A stretch of 64,000 bases of DNA from Candidatus Pelagibacter sp. (GTDB lineage Bacteria > Pseudomonadota > Alphaproteobacteria > Pelagibacterales > Pelagibacteraceae): positions 14,002-78,001 of the forward strand of contig JBJLDH010000007.1 in NCBI GenBank assembly GCA_045567255.1, read 5' to 3'. A program made the position numbers and the translations under genes. Below are positions 1 to 11,304 of this stretch, one piece after another; the first letter of the stretch is position 1, and every line of letters begins with the position of its first letter. The notes beneath the pieces are model-generated. The model made no database searches. It had not been told where the DNA came from and saw only the letters and a program-made list of their open reading frames with translations.

Positions 1-779
1 AAAGTGATTTTTGTTAAATACTTTGAAAGATTGAATTGGTAAAATAATATAAATAGGCAAGTCTTTAATTCTGCAAGTAAATATACTTTATGATTTCTAG
101 TCTTTTGTATTTTATATCTATCTTTATCTCTGTAGCTAAAAAGATTTTTTTTTATATAACCTACTTTATTGTTTAATAAGAAATGTGCTAAAAATAAAGT
201 ATCGTAATTAGATTCTGTTTTGTCATAGTAATAAAAGTACTTTAGTGAATTAATGTATTCTTTACTTAAAAAAATACCAAAAAAAGCAGGTACCATATTT
301 CTATGTAAAACAAACTTTGATAAATTATAAAAATAAGAACTTGATTGATCATAAATTGGGTAGTTTTTAGCTTTATAAAAGTTATTTTTAGAATTAAAGT
401 AATTATGTCCACAATAAACCATGCTTAATTTATCATTAGTAATTTTTTTATGTATGGTTTCGAGAAATTTTGGGTGGTAGAAATCATCATCACTTATTAC
501 ACATATATATTTATACTTTCTTAAATAATTTTTTATTAAGAATTTTTGTGAATTAACTAAGTTTCTTCTTTTATAATCTTTGATGATTTTTATTTTGATT
601 TTGGTTTTATTTATTTTTTTTATTTCTTTAGCTATTTTTAGAGTTTGATCTGTTGATCTATTATCAAAAATAATCAGGTCAAAAGTTTGTAAAGTTTGTT
701 TTAAAAGCGAATTTATGGTGGTTCTAATTGTTTTTTCACCATTCCAAACTAATAATCCTATACCTATTCTGGATGCCAT
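1..779 (-). CDS. Glycosyltransferase family 2 (3' end runs off the window)
   Basis: Read manually, not in the ORF track: ATG at 779 gives MASRIGIGLLVWNGEKTIRTTINSLLKQT...FDNRSTD...ISDDD, a GT-A N-terminus with a DxD-like motif. Confidence 0.8.
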   Translation of the reverse strand, partial: MASRIGIGLLVWNGEKTIRTTINSLLKQTLQTFDLIIFDNRSTDQTLKIAKEIKKINKTKIKIKIIKDYKRRNLVNSQKFLIKNYLRKYKYICVISDDDFYHPKFLETIHKKITNDKLSMVYCGHNYFNSKNNFYKAKNYPIYDQSSSYFYNLSKFVLHRNMVPAFFGIFLSKEYINSLKYFYYYDKTESNYDTLFLAHFLLNNKVGYIKKNLFSYRDKDRYKIQKTRNHKVYLLAELKTCLFILFYQFNLSKYLTKIT

Positions 780-921
780 TTATTTTAATAAATTTTATTT
801 TTAATTTATTTTAAAATAGAAAATAATTATGTATAAAGATATATAAAAATAGCTTATTTCAATATCGTGACTGCATTTTTTTTAAAAAAAATAAAAAAAA
901 ATTTAAAATTATTTAGTTAAC

Positions 922-1921
922 TTGATTATTTCAAAAATTCCTTTTAGAGTTTCTTTTTCGGAGGTGGCACAGATTATCCATCATGGTACAAAAAAAATGG
1001 AGGCGAAGTTCTTTCTACAACTATTAATAAATATTTATATTTAACTTGTAGATATTTACCGCCATTTTTTGATCATAAATATAGAAATGTTTGGTCTATT
1101 ATTGAAAAAGTTAAAAAAGTTGAACAAATAAAACATACGGCAGTTAGAAAACTACTAATAGATATGAAAGTTAAAAAAGGTTTGGAATTACACTATGATG
1201 GTGATCTCCCAGCCCAAAGTGGAATGGGATCAAGTTCAGCATTTGTTGTTGGTTTGATAAATATTTTTTATGCATTTAAAAAAAAAAATTAAGCAAGAAA
1301 GATTTGGCAGACAGAAGTCTCTTTTTTGAACAAAATATTCTAAAAGAAACAGTTGGATCTCAAGATCAAATAGCAACAGCTTTTGGAGGTTTTAATTCAA
1401 TAAAATTTTTTAAAAATGGAAAATATAAAGTAGAAAAATTTTCAATCAAAAAAAAAATAATAAATGATTTAAGCAAAAATTTAGTTCTTATTTATTCTGG
1501 AAATGATAGACGTGCTAATGATATTGCTGAAAAATATGTACCAACATTAACTTCAAAAAAAAAAAAAGAAATGAAAACTATCCAAGAATTTGTTGGAAAG
1601 GCAAAAGTATTTTTAAATAATAATAAATTGGATGATTTCGGGCACCTATTAGGAGAAAGTTGGCAAAAAAAAAAAGAACTAAGTAGCAATATAACTTCTG
1701 ATAAAATTGAATTTTTGTACAATAAAGCTTTAAAAAATGGCGCTTTAGGAGGAAAAGTTTTAGGAGCAGGAGGAGGTGGAATGATGTTGTTTTATGTTAC
1801 TAAAAAAAATTTTGAAAAATTCAACAATGCATTTAAAAATTCTTTAATTATACCTTTTAAATTTGAAGAAACTGGTAGCTCAATTATTTTTAACGATAAC
1901 AACGAAAATATTTATGAATAA
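922..1921 (+). CDS. hddA: GHMP-family sugar-phosphate kinase (HddA-like heptose-7-P kinase), two apparent homopolymer frameshifts
   Basis: TTG at 922 gives IISKIPFRVSF/FGGGTDYP, then DLPAQSGMGSSSAF, then VGSQDQ and GGKVLGAGGGG. The frame breaks at the T-run near 954-958 and the A11 run at 1278-1288. Confidence 0.8.
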
Positions 1922-3103
1922 AAATTTTAATCATCCATTGATGGATAATAATATTACTAAAAATGATGTAGGAGTTTTGATTGAATTTTTAAAAAAAAAT
2001 AAGAAGAGAATATTTACTCAGTCAAAAATGGTTAATGAGTTTGAAGCAAAGTGGTCTAAATGGCTTGGAGTAAAATATAGTGTATTTGTTAATTCTGGAT
2101 CATCATCTAATTTGCTTACTATTTTAGCGTTAAAAATTCTGTATGGAAACGGAGAAATTATAGTTCCACCATTGACATGGGTATCTGATATTGCAGCTGT
2201 AATCCAAAATAATTTTAAACCAGTGTTTGTAGATATAAATCCTAAAAATTTATGTATGGATGAAGAGGAAATATTGAAAAAAATAAATAAAAAAACAAAA
2301 GCAGTCTTCATAACACATGTTCAGGGATTTAATGGATTAACAGATAATTTAATAAAAATATTGAAGAAAAAAAAAATAGCATTGATTGAAGATGTCTGCG
2401 AGTCGCACGGGGCTACTTTTAGGAGTAAAAAATTAGGAACTTATGGATTAATTTCCAACTTTTCTTTTTATTATGCTCATCATTTATCAACCATTGAAGG
2501 TGGAATGATTTGTACAAATAGTTTAAAAATTTACCGATTATTGAAAGTTTTAAGATCTCACGGCATGGCGAGAGAAATTGGCAACCATCAAATTGAAAAA
2601 AAAGTTATTAATAAATATCCATCACTATCACCAAAATTTATATTTTTATATCCAGCTTATAACTTAAGAAATAACGAAATTTCAGCTACAATTGGTTTAA
2701 ATCAACTAAAGTCTTTAGACAAAAATAATGAATTAAGAAATAAAAATTTTATAACTTTTTTATCAAATATTAACAAAAAACATTATAGGACAGAATTTGA
2801 TTTAGAAGGATGTTCAAATTATGCTTTTCCTTTAATTTTAAAAAAAAAAATTTTCAGAATAGAAAATTGTTAGAAAGTATTATGTCAAAGAATAAGATAG
2901 AGTTTAGGAGAGGAAATGCGGGAGGAGGAAATCAATTAAGGCAACCATATTTAAAAAAATATATCAAAAATATAAAATTAAAAAATTTTAAGCAAGTCGA
3001 TCACATTCATTTTTTTGGATATTATATTGGTAACTACCCTACACTTAAAAAAGATAAGATTAAAAAAATATGTAAAATTTTAAATAATATTCAATATGAA
3101 TAG
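1914..3103 (+). CDS. DegT/DnrJ-fold PLP enzyme, ColD/RfbH-type 3-dehydratase (His instead of the Schiff-base Lys); frameshift at A-run
   Basis: FVNSGSSSNLL, IEDVCESHG, SFYYAHHLSTIEGG. ORFs 1863-2873 and 2810-3103 join at the A11 run 2840-2850. ATG 1914 overlaps the upstream stop. Confidence 0.8.
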
Positions 3104-4061
3104 AAGATTTAATAATTGTTTAATAACTGGAATTACAGGGTCAGGAGGTAGCTACCTAGCAGAGCATATTTTAAATAGAGATAAAAAAATAAAAATTCAT
3201 GGATTCTACAGATCTAAAGGTTACTACAATATTGTTAAAAAATATAAAACAATTAAAACTTATAAGGTAGATCTACTTAATTATTTAAAAGTATATAAAA
3301 ATTTAAAAAAAATTAAACCTGATGTAATATTTCACCTTGCTTCCAATGCTGATGTAAGAGACTCGTTTAATAATCCCATTTCATTTGCAAAAAATAATAA
3401 CTCAATAACTATTAATTTGCTTGAAGCAATTAGAAAATTAAATATTAATCCTGTAATTATTATATGCAGTACGTCCGAAGTTTATGGCCAGGTTGATAAA
3501 AAAAATATGCCGATCAAGGAAAATTCTCAAATTTCGCCTATAAATCCTTATGCAGTAACTAAAACTTTTCAAGATTTAATATCTCAAGTTTACCATAAAA
3601 GTTTTGGTTTAAATATTATTATAACTCGAATGTTTTCTTATACAAATGGTAGGAGAGATAATCTATTTCAAACTGCATTTGCTAAACAAATAGCAGAGAT
3701 AGAACTTGGAAAAAAAAAATTTTTAAAACATGGAAATTTAAAAAGTATTAGGACTTTGTTAGATATAAATGATGCCATGGAAGCCTACTGGCTAACAGCA
3801 AAAAAAGGTAAAATTGGAGAAATTTACAATATAGGAGGTAATAGAACTATATCAGTTGGTGATTTTTTGATCAGATTGATGAAACTTTCTAAATCCGAAA
3901 TAAAATGCAGATTAGATAAATCATTATTAAGACCTCGAGATATTCCTCTTCAGGTAGTTGATTGTTCTAAATTCAAAAGAGACACAGGCTGGAAACCATT
4001 AACCAAGTTTAGTATTTCTCTGAAAAAACTTTTAGAAGAATGTAGACATAACGTGATATAA
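3096..4061 (+). CDS. GDP-sugar 4,6-dehydratase (Gmd/DmhA-like)
   Basis: LITGITGSGGSYLA, STSEVYG, PINPYAVTK, HGNLKSIRT, LLRPRD. Confidence 0.8.
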   Translation: MNRRFNNCLITGITGSGGSYLAEHILNRDKKIKIHGFYRSKGYYNIVKKYKTIKTYKVDLLNYLKVYKNLKKIKPDVIFHLASNADVRDSFNNPISFAKNNNSITINLLEAIRKLNINPVIIICSTSEVYGQVDKKNMPIKENSQISPINPYAVTKTFQDLISQVYHKSFGLNIIITRMFSYTNGRRDNLFQTAFAKQIAEIELGKKKFLKHGNLKSIRTLLDINDAMEAYWLTAKKGKIGEIYNIGGNRTISVGDFLIRLMKLSKSEIKCRLDKSLLRPRDIPLQVVDCSKFKRDTGWKPLTKFSISLKKLLEECRHNVI

Positions 4062-4091
4062 TTAATTTATATCTTATACAAATAATAAATA

Positions 4092-5045
4092 GTGATTGAA
4101 TTTAATAAACTAAATTTTAAGAATGAAAAGATTAAATTAAGCATGGGCTCGATTGAGCTCCTGAATTCAATATCACTAAAATTCTTACAATATTCACAAT
4201 TATTATTTAACGAAGATCAAAATTTTTCTAAAGATCATTTTATTACTAATGAAATAAAAAAAAGCATAATAAGAAATTTTATTTCTTACGATGATGTCAC
4301 AGTAGATTTGTCTAAAAGTATTATTCAGGATTTTAGAAATCATTTAAAAAATCAGAAAATAAAAATTGAAATAAGTAATCCAGGGATAATGTTTCATTTA
4401 CCAAATGATTTAAGTGAAGAAGGTACCTACCATTATGATCAAATTGGTAAAAATCAAACTTATACATTGTGGACACCAATAACTGAATATGAATATAATC
4501 CAATTAAGTATTATAATTTAGGTTATCATTTATTTAAATTTTTTGAATTAACTAAATTATTAAATATTTTCAAAGTAAAATATTTAAATCCAATACAAAA
4601 AGAGACATATCTGTGGGCAGGATATTTTATGCACAAGGGCTGCCTAAATACTTCTTCGAAGAAAGCAGCAGCAATAGCATTTAACGTAAAAATAGTTGAT
4701 AATGAAAATTTAGATTTTAAGTCATTTATGCTTAAAGATAGAGATTTACTTGAAATTTATAATAAATTAAAATTTTTAATTGATGAAATTGTAGAATTAG
4801 AACTAAATTTAGAGGAAAAAGATAAGTTTACACTTCATGCTGAAAAAATTATAAAAAAAAGTAACAATTTTCTTGAAAAAGAAATAATTTCTAAAATAAT
4901 ATCTGTTATATCTCAAAGAATTTTTACTTATTATTCAGATGAAAAAAATAAAATTTTATCAACAAAATTGGACTTAATTGCTTATTTTTATGATAATACG
5001 AATTATGCATCTAACCAAAGATTGAAAAAGCAAAATCTCTTATAA
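4092..5045 (+). CDS. Putative Fe(II)/2OG dioxygenase-like (PhyH-like) protein
   Basis: HYD...YTLWTP...YFMHKG gives an HxD...H facial-triad pattern. The rest is not recognised. Confidence 0.45.
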   Translation: MIEFNKLNFKNEKIKLSMGSIELLNSISLKFLQYSQLLFNEDQNFSKDHFITNEIKKSIIRNFISYDDVTVDLSKSIIQDFRNHLKNQKIKIEISNPGIMFHLPNDLSEEGTYHYDQIGKNQTYTLWTPITEYEYNPIKYYNLGYHLFKFFELTKLLNIFKVKYLNPIQKETYLWAGYFMHKGCLNTSSKKAAAIAFNVKIVDNENLDFKSFMLKDRDLLEIYNKLKFLIDEIVELELNLEEKDKFTLHAEKIIKKSNNFLEKEIISKIISVISQRIFTYYSDEKNKILSTKLDLIAYFYDNTNYASNQRLKKQNLL

Positions 5046-5070
5046 TAGATTTTATGATATGGTTATTTAA

Positions 5071-6024
5071 ATGAAAGTTAAAAATAAAAAAGAAAAAATT
5101 TTAATAACTGGTGCTGCAGGATATATAGGTTCACTACTAGCTACAGAGTTGGTTAGGCTTAATTATCAAGTTATTGCATTAGATATTTTGAAATATAATC
5201 AGCATTCATTATCTCACCTTCACTTTTATAAAAATTTTACTTTTATTAAAGGAGATGTCACTAAACAAAAAGTTATTAAAAAGGCATTGAAAGGATGCAG
5301 TTATATAATTCCTTTAGCTGCTTTAGTAGGTGCCCCTCTTTGTGATAAATTTAAAAAAAAGACTAAGGAAATAAATGTAAATTCAATTAAACTTCTTTTA
5401 AAACTTCTTAAAAAGAACCAAAAAATTATTTATCCAACTACAAATTCTGGCTATGGAATAGGTGAAAAAAATAAATTTTGTAATGAAACTTCACCTTTAA
5501 GACCAGTATCATTGTATGGTATTACAAAATTAAAAGCTGAAGAACTGATTTTAAAGCATAAAAATTCTGTATGCTTTCGTTTAGCAACTGTTTTTGGATA
5601 TTCCTACAGAATGAGAACAGATTTAATTGTAAATAATTTTGTTGAAAGAGCTGTAAATGCTAAAAAACTAGAGATTTTTGAACCACATTTTAGAAGAAAT
5701 TTTGTACATATACGCGATGTCGTATCTTCTTTTATATTTGCAATTAATAATTTTCAAAAAATTAAAAATAATGTTTTTAATTTAGGTTTGTCATCAGCAA
5801 ACATCACTAAACTTATGTTAGCTAAAAAAATAAAAAGAGAAGTCAAAGATCTTAAAATAAAAATTGTTAAAAATGCAAAAGACCCAGATCAGAGAGATTA
5901 TTTTGTAAGTAATAAAAAAATAGAAAATGCTGGATTTAAAGCATCAATTACATTAGAGACAGGTATCAAAGAGTTGGTTAAGTTATTTAAAATATCTGAT
6001 GTAGATTTTATAAACAACTATTAA
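5071..6024 (+). CDS. NAD-dependent NDP-sugar epimerase/reductase
   Basis: ILITGAAGYIGS, PVSLYGITK (YxxxK), FRLATVFG, RNFVHIRD. Confidence 0.85.
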   Translation: MKVKNKKEKILITGAAGYIGSLLATELVRLNYQVIALDILKYNQHSLSHLHFYKNFTFIKGDVTKQKVIKKALKGCSYIIPLAALVGAPLCDKFKKKTKEINVNSIKLLLKLLKKNQKIIYPTTNSGYGIGEKNKFCNETSPLRPVSLYGITKLKAEELILKHKNSVCFRLATVFGYSYRMRTDLIVNNFVERAVNAKKLEIFEPHFRRNFVHIRDVVSSFIFAINNFQKIKNNVFNLGLSSANITKLMLAKKIKREVKDLKIKIVKNAKDPDQRDYFVSNKKIENAGFKASITLETGIKELVKLFKISDVDFINNY

Positions 6025-6046
6025 TTAAGAAAAGTTTTAGATTAAA

Positions 6047-7774
6047 ATGATTATTAAAAAAAATTTAAATACTCTTTTAAGTTTTTTGGAAAATAAAGAT
6101 AGATTGAATTTTTATGGAATTGTCATTTTACAATTCATAGGTTCATTATTAGAAGCTTTTGGAATTGCTTTAATATTACCAATATTGGCAGTTATTCTTG
6201 GTCAACAAACTTCCACTTTTTTCTTTTTAAATAATATTCATGAAATATTAAATTTTTCAAATAAAGAAAGTTTATTAATACTTTCAATTGCATCGATGCT
6301 ATTATTTTTTATATTTAAAAATACAATTTTAACTTTAATATATAAAAAGATTTTTTCTTTTGCTTATAGAATTCAATATAAAATTAAATCAAAAATCTAT
6401 ACGCATTTTATTAATCAAAGATACCATAAATTCACTGAAAAAGGATCTTCAAAATTAATCTCTACTGTTTCAGTAGATTTGAACATTTTTACACAAAATT
6501 TTCTAGTAGCATTTTTAATTTTTTTAACAGAAATATTTGTTTTACTAACTATTTCGATTTTATTAATTATAATTGAACCCTCAGGTTTTATATTAGTTTC
6601 CTTTGTCACACTAATATTTGTTTTAGTGTTTATGAAATTATTTAAAAGGAAACTTAATTCCTTGGGAGAAGAAAAAGAAAATTTTGAAGAAAAAATGCAA
6701 AAAATAATTAATGATAGTTTAAATTCATTTCAAATAACTAAAATACACAATAAAGAAAATTTTTTTATTGATAAATTTAATTTATTTAATGACAAAACAT
6801 CTTTTTTATATGGAAGGTTTATTTTTTTGCAAAATATACCAAGATTTTTTTTCGAGATTTTAGTTATAATTTTACTAACCATTTTAGTTTTTACAATGAT
6901 TCAGTTTAATTATTCTTATGATGAAATCTTTATAAAAGTTGCAATTTTTTCTGCTGCTGCATTTCGATTAATGCCATCTATTAATAGACTTACTTATACA
7001 TATCAGAGTATAGTTTTTTCAACATCAACTTTAGATAACTTATATAGATTAAATAAAGAAATTTCTTCATCTATTAAAGAAGAAAACTTGAGCGAACAAA
7101 GTAAAAATTTAGAAATAAATTTTCATAATTCACTAAAAATGGAAAACATTTTATACAAATATGAAGATAAGATAATTTTAAATAATTTGAATTTAGAAAT
7201 AAAAAAAGGTGAGGCAATAGGCATATATGGAATGAGTGGAGGAGGAAAAACAACGTTAATTAATCTTATTTCTGGTCTCACCAAACCTTTAAAGGGAAAT
7301 ATATTTATTGATGATAAAAAAATACAAATAGATAATTCAAGTTGGCAAAATTTAGTTGGGTATGTTCCTCAAACAACAAATTTATTGGACGATACTATAA
7401 TAAACAACATAACTTTTTGTGATGAAAATGTAGATCAAATTTTTTTAGAAAAAATTGGTAAACAAGCTCAAATACTAGATTTAATAAAAAATCATGGAGA
7501 CAAGAATGTTGGGGAGAGAGGCCTAAGAATGTCCGGTGGTCAATTGCAAAGAGTCAGCATTGCTAGAGCACTTTATAAAAAGCCATCAATCCTTATATTT
7601 GACGAGGCAACAAATGCTCTCGATGAAGCAACTGAACAAAAAGTATTTGATACTGTTTATTCTTTAAAAGGAAAAGTTACATTAATTATTGTATCACACA
7701 ATTTAGATAACCTTAAACAATGTGATAAAAAATTTAAATTAGAAGAAGGAAACTTAAATGAAATTGAAAACTAA
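6047..7774 (+). CDS. ABC transporter, fused TMD+NBD (PglK/Wzk-like lipid-linked glycan flippase)
   Basis: N-terminal TM helices, Walker A GMSGGGKT, signature MSGGQ, Walker B ILIFDEAT, SH switch. Sits in a glycan locus. Confidence 0.8.
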   Translation: MIIKKNLNTLLSFLENKDRLNFYGIVILQFIGSLLEAFGIALILPILAVILGQQTSTFFFLNNIHEILNFSNKESLLILSIASMLLFFIFKNTILTLIYKKIFSFAYRIQYKIKSKIYTHFINQRYHKFTEKGSSKLISTVSVDLNIFTQNFLVAFLIFLTEIFVLLTISILLIIIEPSGFILVSFVTLIFVLVFMKLFKRKLNSLGEEKENFEEKMQKIINDSLNSFQITKIHNKENFFIDKFNLFNDKTSFLYGRFIFLQNIPRFFFEILVIILLTILVFTMIQFNYSYDEIFIKVAIFSAAAFRLMPSINRLTYTYQSIVFSTSTLDNLYRLNKEISSSIKEENLSEQSKNLEINFHNSLKMENILYKYEDKIILNNLNLEIKKGEAIGIYGMSGGGKTTLINLISGLTKPLKGNIFIDDKKIQIDNSSWQNLVGYVPQTTNLLDDTIINNITFCDENVDQIFLEKIGKQAQILDLIKNHGDKNVGERGLRMSGGQLQRVSIARALYKKPSILIFDEATNALDEATEQKVFDTVYSLKGKVTLIIVSHNLDNLKQCDKKFKLEEGNLNEIEN

Positions 7775-7791
7775 ATTTTTTCTTTATTATT

Positions 7792-8778
7792 ATGAATAAA
7801 ATTAGTGTTATTATTTTTACATACAAAAGAGCAATATTATTACAAAATTGTTTAGAAACTCTATTAAAAAATTTTAAAAATTTAAATTTTCCAATACATG
7901 TTATTTATCATTATGATAAAGGTCATGAAAAATCTTATTTAAAACTGCAAGAACATTTCAAGCATAAAGATATAAAATTTTACAAGAGAGAAAAAGTATT
8001 TTTTTTCAAATGGATTTCAAAATTATTAAGGCCTTTAAATCTATTGTGGATTTTAAGATGGCCAGTATTATTAAAAGAAATGAACAACTTTAAGGAAATT
8101 TTAGAAAATATACTCGAAAAAGTTGACAGTAAATTTGTAACACTTTGCCCTGACGATATGATTTATTTCGATGAGACATTAGTTGATAATTCTGCACTTA
8201 AATTTCTGAATGATAATGGAGATAATTATCAATATAGATATTTTACTAGTGATAAATTTAATATTCCTCACAATATTAATAAAAATTTAAAAAAAAAATA
8301 TTTTGAAGTAAATAATAAACAACATTATTTTTCTTGGTCTCTAAAAGATAAATATGCAAGTGGTGTATGGAAATATAGATTTACAGTAGAGGGCACAGTA
8401 TATAATAAAAAATCTTTATTAAAATTTTTAAAACCAATGATATATCACAACCCAATTACTCTGGAAGCAATTGGTTTATGGGAATCAAGAATAAGAAATT
8501 TTTTTGACAACGGCTTGTCTTCTGTAAATAGAACTGCTGCAACTTATCAAGTCAACAATGTGCAGAATCTTGTTAATACTGCTACAGCAAAATTTGATTC
8601 AAGTTTAATGATGCAAGCATATAATTTAGGTTATAAATTCTTATATGAAAAAAACGATTTTTATGAAAATTATAGCGACACAATTCCAAAAGAATTATTT
8701 TTTTATAAAAATGATATAAATAGTAAAATAAAATATGAAGATTTAAAATTATTATTAAGTAAAAATATGAATAAATAA
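7792..8778 (+). CDS. Putative GT-A fold glycosyltransferase
   Basis: ISVIIFTYKRAILLQNCL start and a CPDDM acidic motif. Confidence 0.55.
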   Translation: MNKISVIIFTYKRAILLQNCLETLLKNFKNLNFPIHVIYHYDKGHEKSYLKLQEHFKHKDIKFYKREKVFFFKWISKLLRPLNLLWILRWPVLLKEMNNFKEILENILEKVDSKFVTLCPDDMIYFDETLVDNSALKFLNDNGDNYQYRYFTSDKFNIPHNINKNLKKKYFEVNNKQHYFSWSLKDKYASGVWKYRFTVEGTVYNKKSLLKFLKPMIYHNPITLEAIGLWESRIRNFFDNGLSSVNRTAATYQVNNVQNLVNTATAKFDSSLMMQAYNLGYKFLYEKNDFYENYSDTIPKELFFYKNDINSKIKYEDLKLLLSKNMNK

Positions 8779-8797
8779 TGAAATTTTTATTTCATAT

Positions 8798-10237
8798 TTA
8801 TATTTTTTTTAATAATTTATTGAATATCATCGTACTAGATAAAAATACCAAAAAATCTAAACTAAATACTGCATGAGAATTTTCAAAAAAAGATCTTATG
8901 CCAATAAATATAATTATCAAAAATAAAGAGTTTAAATAAAAATTATCTTTTTTAAGATAAGTTTTCATTTTTAAAAATTGAAAGAGAATTAAAAGAACAT
9001 AAATATTAATAATTATAAATAATATTAAACCTATGTAACCCCCACATATAAAAGCATAGAATAAACTACTCGATGTATTTGTCATATAGCCAGAGGAAGG
9101 ATTTTCTGTTTCTTTCAAAAGTACATATCTATCAGCTTGCGGTCCATATCCAAAAAGCTTCTTATAATCATAACTATTAATTATTTTTGACCAAATCACA
9201 TTTCTAGAAGAAGTTATATATTTTAATTCACTGTCATCTACCTTAAGATCTTTACTTCTCGAATAAACTTCAGCAATTCTATTAGGCTTTTCTTCTAAAA
9301 AATTTTTATAAACATCTACAAAATTTTGATCTTCAAATAATAATTCAGATTTTTCACTTTTAAGATAAACTAATTTTAAATTTTGTACTGCTTTGAAACC
9401 AATTATAGAGAAAGATATAATTAAAAGCGCAGCTATAACATTTTTTAAAATTTGATTTTTAGAAAAGAATATTAAATTTAAAAATATAATTATAATTAAT
9501 GAAAAAATAGTTATTCTTGATTGAAAACCCCAAATATTTATTCCAATAAATATCAGCAATAGAAAAATTATTAAAAATGTTTTCTTTGATAATTTTTCGT
9601 TTAGCTTAACTAACAAGATAATACTAACTAGTGCAAGCACTCTCGATAAACCTGTTACACGAATTATTGGATCATCCAAAAATGTTTCTTTCCAAGTCTG
9701 CGAGTTATACAAATACAATTTTACGGAATTAAAAAAATCAATGTACATAATTGGCAAATAAACTATGACAATAAAGAATAAAAAAAATAAATTTATAAAA
9801 TAAAAAATTTTTATTTGATTATCGTTTAAAATTTTATTTGCTAAATATATTATCCCAATACCATTAAAAGCAAGTATTACTAAAAAAGTTCTTTCTAAAT
9901 TGAAATTATGAGAATCAAAAAGTATTAATCCAATCAGCTGGCTTAAAAAAAAAATAAAATAAATTATTAATAAAAAACTAAAATTGTGAACATATTTTTG
10001 ACTCTTTAATATTAGAATTATTAAGAATATGTTTGTAAATATAACTGGACTATAAAATCTTATTAAATTTATAGTTTGTATAAAAAATTCTTTAGAATAA
10101 GGATGTTTTAAATTTATATTTTTAAAATAATCCATGTCTGGAGGAAAAGTATTTAATGAAGACCACAGAATAATCCAAAAAATTCCTAAAAGTATTAAAA
10201 ATTTGTTTTCTTTATAATATGAGTACATTTTAATCAA
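8798..10237 (-). CDS. O-antigen ligase/O-oligosaccharyltransferase-like membrane protein
   Basis: Multi-pass TM protein with FQSR, TSSRNVIW, LFGYGPQADR and RSFFENS (Wzy_C-like pattern). Confidence 0.7.
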   Translation of the reverse strand: MIKMYSYYKENKFLILLGIFWIILWSSLNTFPPDMDYFKNINLKHPYSKEFFIQTINLIRFYSPVIFTNIFLIILILKSQKYVHNFSFLLIIYFIFFLSQLIGLILFDSHNFNLERTFLVILAFNGIGIIYLANKILNDNQIKIFYFINLFFLFFIVIVYLPIMYIDFFNSVKLYLYNSQTWKETFLDDPIIRVTGLSRVLALVSIILLVKLNEKLSKKTFLIIFLLLIFIGINIWGFQSRITIFSLIIIIFLNLIFFSKNQILKNVIAALLIISFSIIGFKAVQNLKLVYLKSEKSELLFEDQNFVDVYKNFLEEKPNRIAEVYSRSKDLKVDDSELKYITSSRNVIWSKIINSYDYKKLFGYGPQADRYVLLKETENPSSGYMTNTSSSLFYAFICGGYIGLILFIIINIYVLLILFQFLKMKTYLKKDNFYLNSLFLIIIFIGIRSFFENSHAVFSLDFLVFLSSTMIFNKLLKKI

Positions 10238-10306
10238 ATTGATATTTAAAAACTTATTAATAGATATATATATTATTCTTAATATTTAAATAAAAAACAA
10301 ATTTAT

Positions 10307-11266
10307 ATGAATTTTCTAATTACAGGTTGCGCAGGTTTTATTGGATATAGCATTACAAAAAAAATATTAGAAAATAAAAATAATAATGTAATTGGAATTG
10401 ATAGACTCACAAATTATTATTCAATAAAATTGAAAAAAAAAAGATTATCAATTTTAAAAAAATACAAAAACTTTAAATTTTTAAACAAAGATATTTCTAA
10501 AAAAAAAAATACAGAATATATTTTTAAAAATCATAATTTTGATCAAGTAATGCATTTTGCAGCGCAGCCAGGAGTAAGAAGGTCAATTAGTCATCCTCAT
10601 GAATATTACGACTCTAATATTTCATCTTTTTTTAATTTACTAGAATTAAGCAAAATCTACAAAATTAAAAAAATATTATTTGCATCTTCAAGTTCAGTTT
10701 ATGGAGATAATAAAAAATTTCCTTTAAGAGAAAGTTTTGATAGAAAGCCAAAAAATTTTTATGCTTTAACAAAGTGTATAAATGAAGATATGGCAAACTT
10801 TTACAGCAAATTATATAATATTAAGATTATTGGATTGCGCTTTTTTACAGTTTATGGCCCCTATGGTAGACCTGATATGTTAATTTGGAAAATGTGCGAA
10901 AATGTACTTTTAAAAAAAAAATTAAAAATTAATAATTTTGGTAAACATGAAAGAGATTTTACTTATATAGACGATGTTGTAAAAATGGTAATTGAAGTTT
11001 CCAAAATTAAAAATTTAAATAATTTTGAAATATTCAATGTGTGCTCAAATAAACCAAGTAAATTAAAATATATTTTAAAAATATTTAAAAAAATAAATAA
11101 TAATAAGTCTTTTAAAAACCTAAAATTTCAGAAATTTCAAGCTGGCGATGTAATAAAAACCCATGGATCAAATTTAAAATTATTAAGAAAAATAAACAGT
11201 TTTGAAACAATAAAAATAAGTGATGGTATTTTTAAAACGTTTGATTGGTTTAAAAAGCAATATTAA
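10307..11266 (+). CDS. UDP-glucuronate 4-epimerase-like NAD-dependent epimerase
   Basis: TGCAGFIG, HFAAQPGVR, ASSSSVYG, YALTK, RFFTVYGPYGRPDM, RDFTYIDD. Confidence 0.85.
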   Translation: MNFLITGCAGFIGYSITKKILENKNNNVIGIDRLTNYYSIKLKKKRLSILKKYKNFKFLNKDISKKKNTEYIFKNHNFDQVMHFAAQPGVRRSISHPHEYYDSNISSFFNLLELSKIYKIKKILFASSSSVYGDNKKFPLRESFDRKPKNFYALTKCINEDMANFYSKLYNIKIIGLRFFTVYGPYGRPDMLIWKMCENVLLKKKLKINNFGKHERDFTYIDDVVKMVIEVSKIKNLNNFEIFNVCSNKPSKLKYILKIFKKINNNKSFKNLKFQKFQAGDVIKTHGSNLKLLRKINSFETIKISDGIFKTFDWFKKQY

Positions 11267-11304
11267 ATTTAATTCTAATTTTAAGATAAAGTTGAAGACC
11301 TTAT

